A DNA stretch of 64,000 bases from an uncultured Gemmatimonadales bacterium (GTDB lineage: Bacteria > Gemmatimonadota > Gemmatimonadetes > Gemmatimonadales > Gemmatimonadaceae), in assembly GCA_963851265.1 (NCBI GenBank), contig CAWKNZ010000002.1, positions 544,001 to 608,000 on the forward strand, given 5' to 3'. Below, in pieces: positions 39,057-49,118 of the stretch. Numbering within the stretch: the first letter of the stretch is position 1; each line of letters begins with the position of its first letter. The position numbers and the translations under genes are program-made. A model generated the notes under the pieces. That model was not told where the DNA came from, ran no database searches, and worked only from the letters and a program-made list of their open reading frames with translations.

Positions 39057-41291
39057 TTGACGCGCGCCCTCGCCGCGCTCGCCGCCGCCCTGCTCGCGGG
39101 CGCCGCGGTCGGCGGCCCGCGGCGCGCCGGCGCGCAGGACCTGCGGTGCGAGCGCGGGGATCGCGAAGTGCGCTCGCTCCGCTTCACCGGCAACCGCGCG
39201 TTCAGCGACGGCGAACTCGCGCGCGTGGTGGTCACCACGCCCTCGGCCCTCCTGAGCGGCATCGGGCTCGGGCCGCACCGCTGCCTCAACCCCGACGAGT
39301 TTCCGCGCGACGTGCTGCGCCTCGTTGCGTACTACCGCAAGCGCGGCTACCGCACGGCCAGCGTCGACACGATCGTGCGGCCGACGGGCGGCTCCGCGGC
39401 GCGGCCGCACGTCGCGGTCACCTTCGCCATCCGCGAGGGGACACCCGTGCGACTCGACTCGCTCACGGTGGCCGGCCTCGCCGACGTGCGCCCCGGCCCG
39501 CGGACCCGCGCGCGCGCCGCGATCCGGCTACGCCCGGGCGACGTGTTCGACCTCGTGGCGCTGGAGGCGGGGCGCGACACGCTCCGCGACCGGCTGCGCA
39601 ACGGCGGCTACCCGCGGGCCGACGCGCTCCTCTCCTACGACACCGACTCGACGCGCCTGCGGGCCGTGGCCCGGGTGACGGTCGTGCCCGGGCCGCTCAC
39701 GCGCATCGGGCGGATCGTCGTGAGCGGCACCGGTCCCGACGGCGGCGCGCCGCACATCCCCGACCGGGTGGTGCGCGGGACGCTCGGCATCCGTCCCGGC
39801 GATCCGGTGCGGCTCAACGATTTGCTCGAGGCGCAGCGCACGCTCTATCAGACGGACGCGTACCGGCGTGTGGACGTGCGGCTCGACACGGCCGCGCGCG
39901 CGCCCCGGGCGGACGGCGTGGTCTACGACGACCTGTTCGTCACCGCCGACGAGGGCCCGCTGCGCTCCGCGGAGGCGTCCGCGGGGTGGGCCACGCTCGA
40001 CTGCTTCCGGCTGCGGGCCGACATCACCGACCGCTACTTCATTCCGCAGGCGCAGCGGCTGGAGCTGTCGGGGCGGCTGTCGCGCATCGGGGTGGGGCAT
40101 CCGCTCGCCTTCGCGCCCGGGCTGTGCGCGCCGCCGGCGCGCAGCGACGCCTACGGCGACACGGCCAACTACTACCTCGGCGCCACGGTGCGCCAGCCGT
40201 CGTTCTTCCGGCTGCGGCGCGTGCCGAGCGTCACGGTGTTCACGTCGCGCGCCTCCGAGTACAACGCGTTCGAGCGCGTGACGCCGTTAGGCGCGCTCTT
40301 CTCGCTCGCCTCGCGCCCGGGCTCGCGCCTGCCGAGCACGTTCACGTACCAGCTGGAGCGGGGGCGCACGGGGGCGAACGCGGCGGTGTTCTGCGCGGTG
40401 TTCTCGGCGTGCGACGACCTCACGCGCTCCGCGCTCGACCGCAACCGCACGGTGGGCACGCTCGGCTACGCGCTCGTGCGCAACCGGGCCAACGACCCGC
40501 TCAACCCGACGGCGGGGAACGTCGAGCGCCTCACGCTGCGGCACTCCTCGGCGCTCACCGGATCGGAGGCGACGCAGCGCTTCAACAAGGCGGTGGTGGA
40601 CGCGACGTACTACCGGACGGTCGTGGGCGGCGGCGTGTTCACCGCGCACGTGCAGGGCGGCACGCTGCTCGGCGACGCGCCGCAGCAGGAGCGGCTGTTC
40701 GCGGGCGGGCCGACCACGGTGCGCGGCTTCCGGCAGAACGAGCTCGGTCCGCAGGTCTACCTGCTGACCAACGTGGTCGCGGACACGGGGCGGGGCCGGG
40801 ACACCACGTACCACGCGGCGCCGGGCGCGGGGCCGGAGCGCACCATCCCGGCCGGCGGGAACACCCTCGTGGTGGGCAACCTGGAGTTGCAGCTGCGAAG
40901 CCCCGTTCTCCCGGACCTGCTCGCGGTGGCGCTGTTCACCGACGCGGGCGAGGTGTTCAACCGCGGGAGCGCCGGGACGACGGCGACCGGCGGCTCGCGC
41001 AGCCTGCGCGTGACGCCGGGCGCGGGGGTGCGCGTGCGGTCGCCGTTCGGCGCGATCCGGGTGGACCTCGGGTACAATCCGTACGCGGCGACGGCCGGTC
41101 CGGCGTACTACATCACGCCCGGCGACGCGCAGTCGCAGCGGCTGTACTGCGTGTCGCCGGGGAGTACGGGCGGCATCGTGGGCACGTCGGGGGCGAGCGG
41201 CCGCGGGTGTCCTCCCACGTACCGGCCGCCGAGTAGCTCCAGCTTCCTGCGCCGGTTGAATCCGAGCATCTGGATCGGCCAGGCGTTCTGA
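39057..41291 (+). CDS. Omp85 (BamA/TamA) family outer membrane protein
   Basis: POTRA motifs (FTGN, YYRKRGY, LRNGGY), FAGGPTTVRGF, C-terminal IGQAF; TTG start approximate. Confidence 0.92.
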   Translation: MTRALAALAAALLAGAAVGGPRRAGAQDLRCERGDREVRSLRFTGNRAFSDGELARVVVTTPSALLSGIGLGPHRCLNPDEFPRDVLRLVAYYRKRGYRTASVDTIVRPTGGSAARPHVAVTFAIREGTPVRLDSLTVAGLADVRPGPRTRARAAIRLRPGDVFDLVALEAGRDTLRDRLRNGGYPRADALLSYDTDSTRLRAVARVTVVPGPLTRIGRIVVSGTGPDGGAPHIPDRVVRGTLGIRPGDPVRLNDLLEAQRTLYQTDAYRRVDVRLDTAARAPRADGVVYDDLFVTADEGPLRSAEASAGWATLDCFRLRADITDRYFIPQAQRLELSGRLSRIGVGHPLAFAPGLCAPPARSDAYGDTANYYLGATVRQPSFFRLRRVPSVTVFTSRASEYNAFERVTPLGALFSLASRPGSRLPSTFTYQLERGRTGANAAVFCAVFSACDDLTRSALDRNRTVGTLGYALVRNRANDPLNPTAGNVERLTLRHSSALTGSEATQRFNKAVVDATYYRTVVGGGVFTAHVQGGTLLGDAPQQERLFAGGPTTVRGFRQNELGPQVYLLTNVVADTGRGRDTTYHAAPGAGPERTIPAGGNTLVVGNLELQLRSPVLPDLLAVALFTDAGEVFNRGSAGTTATGGSRSLRVTPGAGVRVRSPFGAIRVDLGYNPYAATAGPAYYITPGDAQSQRLYCVSPGSTGGIVGTSGASGRGCPPTYRPPSSSSFLRRLNPSIWIGQAF

Positions 41292-41340
41292 CCGGTCGCG
41301 ACCGGCCGCTCTCTTAACTTCGTTCGACCCCCGCTCCGCC

Positions 41341-44300
41341 GTGCCTCGCTCCCGCCGCCGACTCGCCGCCTACCTCGCGGCTGGCACCCTCCTCGTCGTC
41401 GCCGGCGGGGCGGTCGGGCTCGTCGTCGCCGTGACCCAGACGAACGCCGGGCACGACTGGCTCCGCAGCAAGCTGCTGTCGACGGTCGCGCCGAGCGTGC
41501 GCGGGCGGCTGTACGTGGGCGCGATCAGCGGGGGGTTGTTCTCCGGCGTCACCGTCGATTCGGTCGAGTTGCGGAGTGCGGACGACTCGCTCGTGGCGGC
41601 GGTCGGACGGGTGCACGTCGCGTACGCGCTCCGCGACCTGATCGACAAGCGCGTGTTCCTCAAGCGCGTCGACCTCGACCGCCCGGTGATCCACCTACGG
41701 CAGTTCGAGGATGGGCACTGGAACTACAACGGCCTGTTCAGGACGAGTGCGGACAGCACGCCGAAGAGTGGGCCGGGGTTCGGGGATTTCATCGTCGCCG
41801 ATTCGGTGCGGGTGCGCGGGCTGCAGTTCGCGCTCACGCTGGCGTGGCACCCCGCCGATTCGCTGCGCGGCGCACGGCGCGACAGCGCGATCCGCGTCGC
41901 GCTCGCCGGTCGCACGCAGGGCGGGGCGGAGATCCGGCGCGTCGGGCGGTACTACAACCGCACGTACCGCTGGAGCGGCGACGCCGACCTGCCCGGGATG
42001 CGCATCGCGCGGCCGGACAGCGCGGGGCTCCGGTTCCAGGTGGCGCGGCTGGACCTCGACGAGACGGACCCGCCGTTCCGCTGGCGCAACATCCGCGGCG
42101 ACGTGCGGATCCTCGGCGACACGCTCCATGCCGACTTCCCGCACTGGGACCTCCCGGGGAGCACGGGGCAGGGGCACGCGACCGTGGTGTGGGGGAGCGA
42201 CCTGCCGATCCGGTGGGACATCCGCGTGCATGCCGATTCGATGGCGCTGGCGGACGTCTCGTGGGTGTACCCGACGCTGCCGACCACCGGCGGCGGCTCG
42301 ATGGACCTGTACATGCACAACCGGCGCGGCGACCTGCGCATCATGGAGTACGCGCTGTCCAACATGGACGTGCGTACGACGCGCTCGCACCTGACCGGGG
42401 CGATGACGTTCGCGGTGGGCGCGCCGGTGTTAGGCGTGCAGGACGTCGACGTCGCGCTGCAGCCGGTGAACTGGGACCTGCTGCGCACGTTCAACGGCAA
42501 GGCGCTGCCGTACGACTTCCAGGGCACGCTCACCGGCACGGTGAAGGCGCGCGGCGGCCCGGTGAACCGCTTCGCGGTGGACGACGCGCAGGTGACCTAC
42601 GACGACGCGCACGTGCCGGGCGCCGTGTCGCGCGTGCGGCTCGCGGGCGCGCTCGACATCCTCCGGCCGGCCGACACGCGCTTTCTCGGACTGCGGGTGA
42701 CGGACGCGTTCGTCGACCTGCGGACGCTCGAGTTCCTCAACCCGAGCTTCCCGCGGCTGCGCGGCGTGGTGACGGGGAGCACGACGCTCGACTCGCTCTA
42801 CACCGACGTGCGGCTGAGCGACGCGCGCCTGACGCACAGCGACGGCCCCGGCGCGGCGAGCACGTTCACCGGCGGTGGGCGGGTCACGTTTGGCGAGGGG
42901 CCCACGCCGACGCGCTACGACCTGACGCTGGCGGCGGAGCCGCTGTCGTTCACGACGCTGGCGCGCTCGTACCCACTGGTGGCGGTGCGCGGGTCGTACG
43001 CCGGGCCGCTGCGCATCACGGGCGCGACCGACAGTCTGGGGCTCGTCACCACGCTCACCGGGCCGGGGGGGACGCTCGCGTACGACGGGATCGTCAACGC
43101 GCTCGACCCGCGGTACGGGGCGACGGGCGCGTTCACGGGGACGGGGCTCGACCTGCGCACGCTGTTCGACGACCAGCGCCTGCCGCGCACGACGCTCGAC
43201 CTGCGCGCATCGCTCGCCCTCGTCGGTACGGGGCTGGCCGACCTCGCCGGCACGCTGCGCGCGGACCTCGGCCGCTCCGAGATCGGCGGCGTGCGCGCGT
43301 ACGGCGGCGCGGCCGCGCTGCGCTTCGCCGGTGGGCGCATGGCAGTCGACACGCTACGGCTCGAGACCGCGGCGGGGCAGGTGGCGGGCGCGGGCGGGCT
43401 CGGGCTGGCTGGGCCGGCGCGCGACTCGCTGCGGCTCGCGATCTCGATCGATTCGTTAGGCGGGCTGCGGCGGTGGCTGTCGCCGAGCGCGGTGACGGCC
43501 GAGCGCGCGGCGGTCGCGGGCGCGAGCCCGGCGGCGCGGGCGGCGGCGCGCGACCCCGTCGCGCGGCTGGTGGACGAGGCCACGCGGCGGCCGGTGGCGG
43601 GCGTGATCGCGCGCGTGGCCGGGACCGCCGGGACGGACCCGGCCGCCGCCGCGGCACCGGCGCGCGATTCGGCGGGCGCCCCCGCGGGAGGTGCCACGGC
43701 GGCGGCGCCGCCCGCGACCACCGACTCGCTCGCCGGCACGCTGCGCGCGACGGTCACGCTCGCCGGAACGCTCGACAGCGCGGCCGCCGACGGGCTCCGC
43801 GCGTCGGCCGCGGTCGACGGGCGCGGGCTCGTCTACGGCGGGTTCGCTGCGCGCGCGCTCACGCTGCGCGTGGGGGCCACGTCGCTCCGCTCGGTGCCGA
43901 ACGTGACCCTCGCGGCGACCGCGGATTCCGCGAGTGCTGGGGCGGTGACGTTCGCGAGCGCGGCGGCGCACTTCAGCGGGACGACCGCGGGCGGGCGCTA
44001 CGACGTGGCGATGGGGAGCGATTCCGGGCTGTCGCTCTCGGGCGCGGGGCACACGGTGAGCGTGGGCGACAGCACTGTGGTCGCGCTCGACAGCGCGCGC
44101 GTGGTGCCGCGCCCGGGGCACCTGTGGACGCTGGCGGCGCCGACGCGCTTCGTCGCGCGTGGCGGTACGGCGCTCGCGCCGGGCACGGGCGAGGCGGGCG
44201 GGGTCCTCGCGCTCGATCCGTTCACCCTGCGCGGCGAAGGCGAGGACCTGGGGTCGCGTCTGACGCTCGCGGCGACGCTGCCCGAGCGGGGCCCGGTCAC

Positions 44301-46209
44301 GGGCACGTTCAACGCGACGGCGGTGTCGATCCAGGACGTGGCCGAGGTAGCGGGGGCCGGGCGCGCGGTGCTGCCCGTGGACGGGCGGCTCGACGCGACG
44401 GTGCGGCTCACCGGCACGCGCGCCGAGCCGCTGCTCGTGGCGCGTGCGGGGGTGGGGGCGTTGCGGCTGGGCACCGGGACGGCGACGGCGCGGCTCGACA
44501 GCGCGACGCTCGCCGCGGACTACGGCGCGCACCGCCTGCAACTCGACCTCGGCGCGTTCGCCGCCGGGCGGCGGCTGCTCGCCGCCACGGGCTCGCTCCC
44601 CATCGACCTCGCGCTCGAGCCGTCGGCCGGGCGGCTCCCGCAGGGGACGGCGCCGTCGGACTCGCTGCGCGCGCGCGTGCGCGCCGACTCGCTCGACCTC
44701 GCGCTCGTGGCCGCGCTCGCGCCGGGCGTGCACGACGCGCGGGGCCACCTCGCGGCGACGTTCGACGTGGGCGGCACGTGGAAGGCGCCCCGGCTCGACG
44801 GAGAGCTGCGCATCCCCGCGGGCTCGCTCACGAGCGACGCGTCGGGCACGCGGCTCGAGGACGTGCGCGCCGACGTCGCGCTGCTCGGCGACAGCGTGGC
44901 GGTGCGGCGACTCTCGGTGCGGAGTGGGGGCGCCGGCGACACGCTCGCCGTCACCGGGTGGGTGAAGCTGGCGCCGGCGGACGACCCGGCGCTCGCGCTG
45001 CGCGTGACCGCACGCGACTTCCTCGCCGTCGACCGCGCGCGAGTCGCGACGCTGGCGATCTCGACGCCGACGCCGCTCGACATCCGGGGCACCTTCGGCG
45101 CGGCGCAGGTGAGCGGCGCGGTTCGCGCGGAGCGCGGCCGGATCTACATCCCGGAACTCGTCGACAAGCGGATCATCGACCTCAACGAGTACCGCGACGT
45201 CGTCGACACCACGGTGTTCCGCAACCGCACCCTGCTGCCCGGCGCGCCTGCGGCCTTCGTGGCGAACCTCGCGCTCAACGACGTGCGGCTCTCGGTGGGT
45301 GACGACGTGTGGCTGCGGAACGCGGAGGCGAACATCAAGCTCGGCGGGTCGCTCGCGGTGACGCGCGCCGTCGTGCAGGTGAACGGGCGCGCAGTCCCGC
45401 AGCTCGCGCTGCTGGGCTCGCTCGCGGTGGAGCGCGGGACGTACCGCCTCGACCTGCTGCCGCTGGCGCAGCCGAGCTTCGACGTGCAGCCGGGGACGCT
45501 GCGCTTCTTCGGCGCGGGCGACCTCAACCCGGTCCTCGACATCCGCGCGGTGCACGTGGTGCGGCAGACGCGGCAGTTCACCAACAGCCCCGACGTGCAC
45601 GTGCAGGTCGCGATCGGCGGCACGCTCAACCAGCCCACGCTGCAGCTGTCGAGCACCGACAACCCGCCGATCCCGGACACGGACCTCATCAGCTACCTCG
45701 TCACGGGCGAGCCCGCGGCGGCCATCTTCGGCAACGCGCAGTCGAGCGACCAGCTCGCGGCCGCGGCGTCGATCGTCTCGCGCCTCGCGGGCAGCCTCGT
45801 GTCGGGCGCGCTGTCGCGCGGCAACGGGCCTTTCGACATCATCTCGGTCGAGACCGGCGCGGTCACCGCCGACCCGGCGCTCGCCCGCTCGACCAACAGC
45901 TTCTCCAACATCCTCTCGAGCACGCGCCTGGGCGTGGGCGGCCAGCTCGGACAGAAGACGTTCTACACGTTCAGCACGGGGTTCTGCAGCTTCTCGCAGA
46001 ACAGCGACGCGTCCACCAACCTGTTCAACAACTTCACGCGCGGGCTCGGCGTGCGGGTCGAGCGGCGGGTGACGAACACGTTCTCGGTGCAGGTGGGCGT
46101 CGAACCCGCGCTGGCGCAACAGGCCTGCCTGACCAATGCGACCACGCGCTACTTCCAGCAGACGCCGTCGCAGGGAAGCCTCGACTTCACCAAGCGGTGG
46201 ACGTTCTAG
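41341..46209 (+). CDS. tamB: TamB/AsmA-like translocation and assembly module protein
   Basis: N-terminal anchor, 1622 aa beta-rich, C-terminal NPVLDIRA, IGGTLNQPTLQLSS, DLISYLVTG; directly after an Omp85 gene. Confidence 0.88.
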   Translation: MPRSRRRLAAYLAAGTLLVVAGGAVGLVVAVTQTNAGHDWLRSKLLSTVAPSVRGRLYVGAISGGLFSGVTVDSVELRSADDSLVAAVGRVHVAYALRDLIDKRVFLKRVDLDRPVIHLRQFEDGHWNYNGLFRTSADSTPKSGPGFGDFIVADSVRVRGLQFALTLAWHPADSLRGARRDSAIRVALAGRTQGGAEIRRVGRYYNRTYRWSGDADLPGMRIARPDSAGLRFQVARLDLDETDPPFRWRNIRGDVRILGDTLHADFPHWDLPGSTGQGHATVVWGSDLPIRWDIRVHADSMALADVSWVYPTLPTTGGGSMDLYMHNRRGDLRIMEYALSNMDVRTTRSHLTGAMTFAVGAPVLGVQDVDVALQPVNWDLLRTFNGKALPYDFQGTLTGTVKARGGPVNRFAVDDAQVTYDDAHVPGAVSRVRLAGALDILRPADTRFLGLRVTDAFVDLRTLEFLNPSFPRLRGVVTGSTTLDSLYTDVRLSDARLTHSDGPGAASTFTGGGRVTFGEGPTPTRYDLTLAAEPLSFTTLARSYPLVAVRGSYAGPLRITGATDSLGLVTTLTGPGGTLAYDGIVNALDPRYGATGAFTGTGLDLRTLFDDQRLPRTTLDLRASLALVGTGLADLAGTLRADLGRSEIGGVRAYGGAAALRFAGGRMAVDTLRLETAAGQVAGAGGLGLAGPARDSLRLAISIDSLGGLRRWLSPSAVTAERAAVAGASPAARAAARDPVARLVDEATRRPVAGVIARVAGTAGTDPAAAAAPARDSAGAPAGGATAAAPPATTDSLAGTLRATVTLAGTLDSAAADGLRASAAVDGRGLVYGGFAARALTLRVGATSLRSVPNVTLAATADSASAGAVTFASAAAHFSGTTAGGRYDVAMGSDSGLSLSGAGHTVSVGDSTVVALDSARVVPRPGHLWTLAAPTRFVARGGTALAPGTGEAGGVLALDPFTLRGEGEDLGSRLTLAATLPERGPVTGTFNATAVSIQDVAEVAGAGRAVLPVDGRLDATVRLTGTRAEPLLVARAGVGALRLGTGTATARLDSATLAADYGAHRLQLDLGAFAAGRRLLAATGSLPIDLALEPSAGRLPQGTAPSDSLRARVRADSLDLALVAALAPGVHDARGHLAATFDVGGTWKAPRLDGELRIPAGSLTSDASGTRLEDVRADVALLGDSVAVRRLSVRSGGAGDTLAVTGWVKLAPADDPALALRVTARDFLAVDRARVATLAISTPTPLDIRGTFGAAQVSGAVRAERGRIYIPELVDKRIIDLNEYRDVVDTTVFRNRTLLPGAPAAFVANLALNDVRLSVGDDVWLRNAEANIKLGGSLAVTRAVVQVNGRAVPQLALLGSLAVERGTYRLDLLPLAQPSFDVQPGTLRFFGAGDLNPVLDIRAVHVVRQTRQFTNSPDVHVQVAIGGTLNQPTLQLSSTDNPPIPDTDLISYLVTGEPAAAIFGNAQSSDQLAAAASIVSRLAGSLVSGALSRGNGPFDIISVETGAVTADPALARSTNSFSNILSSTRLGVGGQLGQKTFYTFSTGFCSFSQNSDASTNLFNNFTRGLGVRVERRVTNTFSVQVGVEPALAQQACLTNATTRYFQQTPSQGSLDFTKRWTF

Positions 46210-46309
46210 CCGGCGCGGGCGCGTCGAGCGCGCTCGCGCTCGAGGTGCCCCCGCTCGGCGCCGCCGCGGGGCGCGTTCCGGGGGGAGCGTTCCGGCGCGC
46301 TGCTCGCGC

Positions 46310-47227
46310 GTGCTGCTGGTCGTGAACCCGCTCGCACGCCGCTCGCCCGCGCGGGAGCGCGCGGCCGTCGCGGCGTTCGGCCGCGCAGGCGTCGCGTGCG
46401 ACGTGCGGCGGACCGAGGCGGCGGGCCACGCCGCCGTCCTCGCGCGCGCGCTCGTGCCGGGCGCGAGGGCCGACGCGGTGGCGCCGTACGACGCCGTGTT
46501 CGTGCTCGGCGGCGACGGAACGGCGATGGACGTGGTCGGCGCCCTCGCCGGGACGGGCGTGGCGGTCGGCGTCCTCCCGGGCGGGACGGGCAACCTCGTC
46601 GCCCGTACGCTCGGCATCCCGTTGGACACGGCGCGCGCCGTGGCGGCGCTGCTCGCGGGCGGGCGCGCGCGCGTGGACCTCGGCGCGCTGCGCGTGGCCG
46701 GCGCGCCGGCGGCGCGCCCGTTCGCGTTCGCGGCGGGGGTGGGGGTGGACGCGCGGATGATCGAGGGCACGTCGGCCGCGTGGAAGCGGCGCGTGGGCGT
46801 GTTCGCGTACGCGGTGACGGCCGCGCGCGCCGTGATCGCCGGCGAGCGCTTCGCCGTGCGCGTGGTCGTCGACGGCGAGGAGGTGCGGGCCAACGCGAGC
46901 GCGGTGATCGTCGCAAACTTCGGGGCCGTGCTCGGCGACTTGTTCCGGTTCGGCCCGGACATCCGCGAGGACGACGGGCGACTCGACGTCTGCATCTTCC
47001 AGCCGACGTCGTTCGCGAGTTCGGCGGGCGCGTTCCTGCGCCTGCTGCGGAAGGACTTCCGCCCGCACGCCGCGCTCGTCTACCGGGCGGGGCGCACCAT
47101 CGCCGTCGAGACCGACCCGCCGCGCCCCGTGCAGGCCGACGGCGAACTCCTGGGGCGCACGCCGTTCGTCGTCGACACGCTCCCGCTCGCGGCGACCCTC
47201 CTCGTGCCGCGTGCCCGCCATGTCTGA
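46310..47227 (+). CDS. Diacylglycerol kinase family (YegS/DgkB-like) lipid kinase
   Basis: VVNP, GGDGT, LPGGTGN, QADGE. Confidence 0.92.
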   Translation: MLLVVNPLARRSPARERAAVAAFGRAGVACDVRRTEAAGHAAVLARALVPGARADAVAPYDAVFVLGGDGTAMDVVGALAGTGVAVGVLPGGTGNLVARTLGIPLDTARAVAALLAGGRARVDLGALRVAGAPAARPFAFAAGVGVDARMIEGTSAAWKRRVGVFAYAVTAARAVIAGERFAVRVVVDGEEVRANASAVIVANFGAVLGDLFRFGPDIREDDGRLDVCIFQPTSFASSAGAFLRLLRKDFRPHAALVYRAGRTIAVETDPPRPVQADGELLGRTPFVVDTLPLAATLLVPRARHV

Positions 47228-48245
47228 CCTTCTCGCCGGGACGGGCGTACCGGTGGTGGACCTCGCCGCGTTCGGCCTCGCCGTCGGCCACGCGACCGAC
47301 GCGGAGGGCGCAACGGGGTGCACGGTCGTGCGCGGCCTCGACCACGCGCTCCGTGCGGCCGCGGCCGTCGTCGGGCGGGCGACGGGCACGCGCGAACTCG
47401 CCGCGATCGCGCCCGAAGGGCTCGTGGGACGGGCGGACGCCGTGCTCCTCACCGGCGGGTCGGCGTACGGGCTGGACGCGGCGGCGGGGGTGATGCGCTG
47501 GATGGCGGAGCGCGGGCGCGGCTTCCCGGTGGGCGCGGGCGTGGTGCCGATCGTGCCCGCGGCGGTGCTCTTCGACCTCGCTCCGTTGGGCAACTTCGAC
47601 GCGCGGCCGACGCCCGCGATGGCCTACGCCGCGTGCGACGCGGCCGCCGCGCGCGTCACCGAGCAGGGGAGCGTGGGCGCGGGCGCGGGGGCGACGGTGG
47701 GCAAGGCGATGGGCGCGGCCGGGGCGATGAAGGGCGGGGTCGGGTGCGCGGTGGCGGGGGAGGGAGCGCTCCGCGCCGCGGCAGTCGCGGCGGTGAACGC
47801 GTTCGGCGACGTGCGCGACGCGACGGGCGCGATCATCGCCGGGCTCCGGTCGCCCGACGGCGCGCTCGTCGATACGCTCGCCCTCTTGCTCGCCGGCGCG
47901 GCGGCCGCGCGGTCGTTCGCGGACGCCTCGCGGGCCGGCGCGAACACCACGCTCTGCGTCGTCGCGCTCTCGGCCGCGGTTGACCGCGTCGCGCTCGCGC
48001 AGGTGGCGCGGGCCAGCGCGGCCGCGCTCGCGCGACGGGTCACGCCGAGCGGAACGAGCTTCGACGGCGACGTCGTGTTCGCACTCTGTCCCGACGAGCC
48101 CGCCGCCGCGGCCGATCCGGCGTTCCTGCTCGCGGCCGAGGTGCTCGCGACCGCCGCACTCGAAACCGCGATCGAGCGCGCGGTGCGCTACGCCGTCGGC
48201 CGCGACGGGGTGCCGGGGCTCGCCGATCCCACTCCCGACGCGTGA
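47220..48245 (+). CDS. P1/S58 (DmpA-like) aminopeptidase
   Basis: TGCTVV, GTRE, LTGGSAYGL, VPIVP, GSVGAG, NTT putative autocleavage site, DGDVVF. Confidence 0.9.
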   Translation: MSDLLAGTGVPVVDLAAFGLAVGHATDAEGATGCTVVRGLDHALRAAAAVVGRATGTRELAAIAPEGLVGRADAVLLTGGSAYGLDAAAGVMRWMAERGRGFPVGAGVVPIVPAAVLFDLAPLGNFDARPTPAMAYAACDAAAARVTEQGSVGAGAGATVGKAMGAAGAMKGGVGCAVAGEGALRAAAVAAVNAFGDVRDATGAIIAGLRSPDGALVDTLALLLAGAAAARSFADASRAGANTTLCVVALSAAVDRVALAQVARASAAALARRVTPSGTSFDGDVVFALCPDEPAAAADPAFLLAAEVLATAALETAIERAVRYAVGRDGVPGLADPTPDA

Positions 48246-48250
48246 CGCCG

Positions 48251-49057
48251 ATGACCGAACCTATTCCAATGACGGGGTACGCCCTGGTGCGCGTCCCAGT
48301 CGCGCCCGTGCATGCGGAGCCACGCGTGTCGAGCGCGCAGACGACGCAGACCACGTACGGCCGGGTGCTCGTCGTCCGCGACCGCCGCGGCGACTGGTAC
48401 GACGCGCAGACGACGCCCGACGGCTACCGCGGCTGGATTCACGCCGGGTACGTCACGGCGGTCGACGACGAAGAGGGGGCGCCGGCTTCGGCGGCCGCCG
48501 CCACGCCCGGCGCGGGGCTCCGCGTCTCGCTCGGGTGCACCGTGCGCGCCGGCGCGCGCACACTCCGCCTTCCGTTGGGCGCGTGGGTCGGCGCGGACGC
48601 GGCGGTGCTCGACGGCGAGGCCGTCGAGATGAGCGCGCTCGCCGAGCGGTTCGAGCGCGATGGCGGGGCGGTCGTGGGCACGGCGTCACGCTATTTCGGG
48701 TCGACGAGTTACCAATGGGGCGGCGTCACGCCGTGGGGGGCGGACTGTTCGGGGTTCGTGCAGGCCGTGTTCGCGCTGCACGGCGTGGACGTGCCGCGCG
48801 ACGCGTCGCAGCAGATCGCCATCGGCGCCGACGCGGGGCGCGAGTTCGCCCTCCACGCGCCGGGCGACCTGCTCTTCTTTTCCGACCGCGACGACGGGCG
48901 CGCGACGCACGTCGGGCTCGCGGCAGGCGGCGGACGGATGCTGCACATCGCGCTCGGGCGCGGTGGGTTCGCCGCGGAAGACCTCGTGGGGGACGACGAC
49001 GCCTACGTGGTCGCGCTGCGCGCACGGTTCGTGGGGGCGCGGCGCGCGCTGCCCTGA
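48251..49057 (+). CDS. SH3 + NlpC/P60 (C40) peptidase, YkfC-like
   Basis: DGYRGWI, YQWGG, DCSGFV, PRDASQQ, GDLLFF, HVG; no signal peptide. Confidence 0.9.
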   Translation: MTEPIPMTGYALVRVPVAPVHAEPRVSSAQTTQTTYGRVLVVRDRRGDWYDAQTTPDGYRGWIHAGYVTAVDDEEGAPASAAAATPGAGLRVSLGCTVRAGARTLRLPLGAWVGADAAVLDGEAVEMSALAERFERDGGAVVGTASRYFGSTSYQWGGVTPWGADCSGFVQAVFALHGVDVPRDASQQIAIGADAGREFALHAPGDLLFFSDRDDGRATHVGLAAGGGRMLHIALGRGGFAAEDLVGDDDAYVVALRARFVGARRALP

Positions 49058-49118
49058 TCCCGTCACGCGGTGGGCCGCGGGGGTCCAGCAGCACGGGGGG
49101 ACCCGCTTAGGTTGCGGG

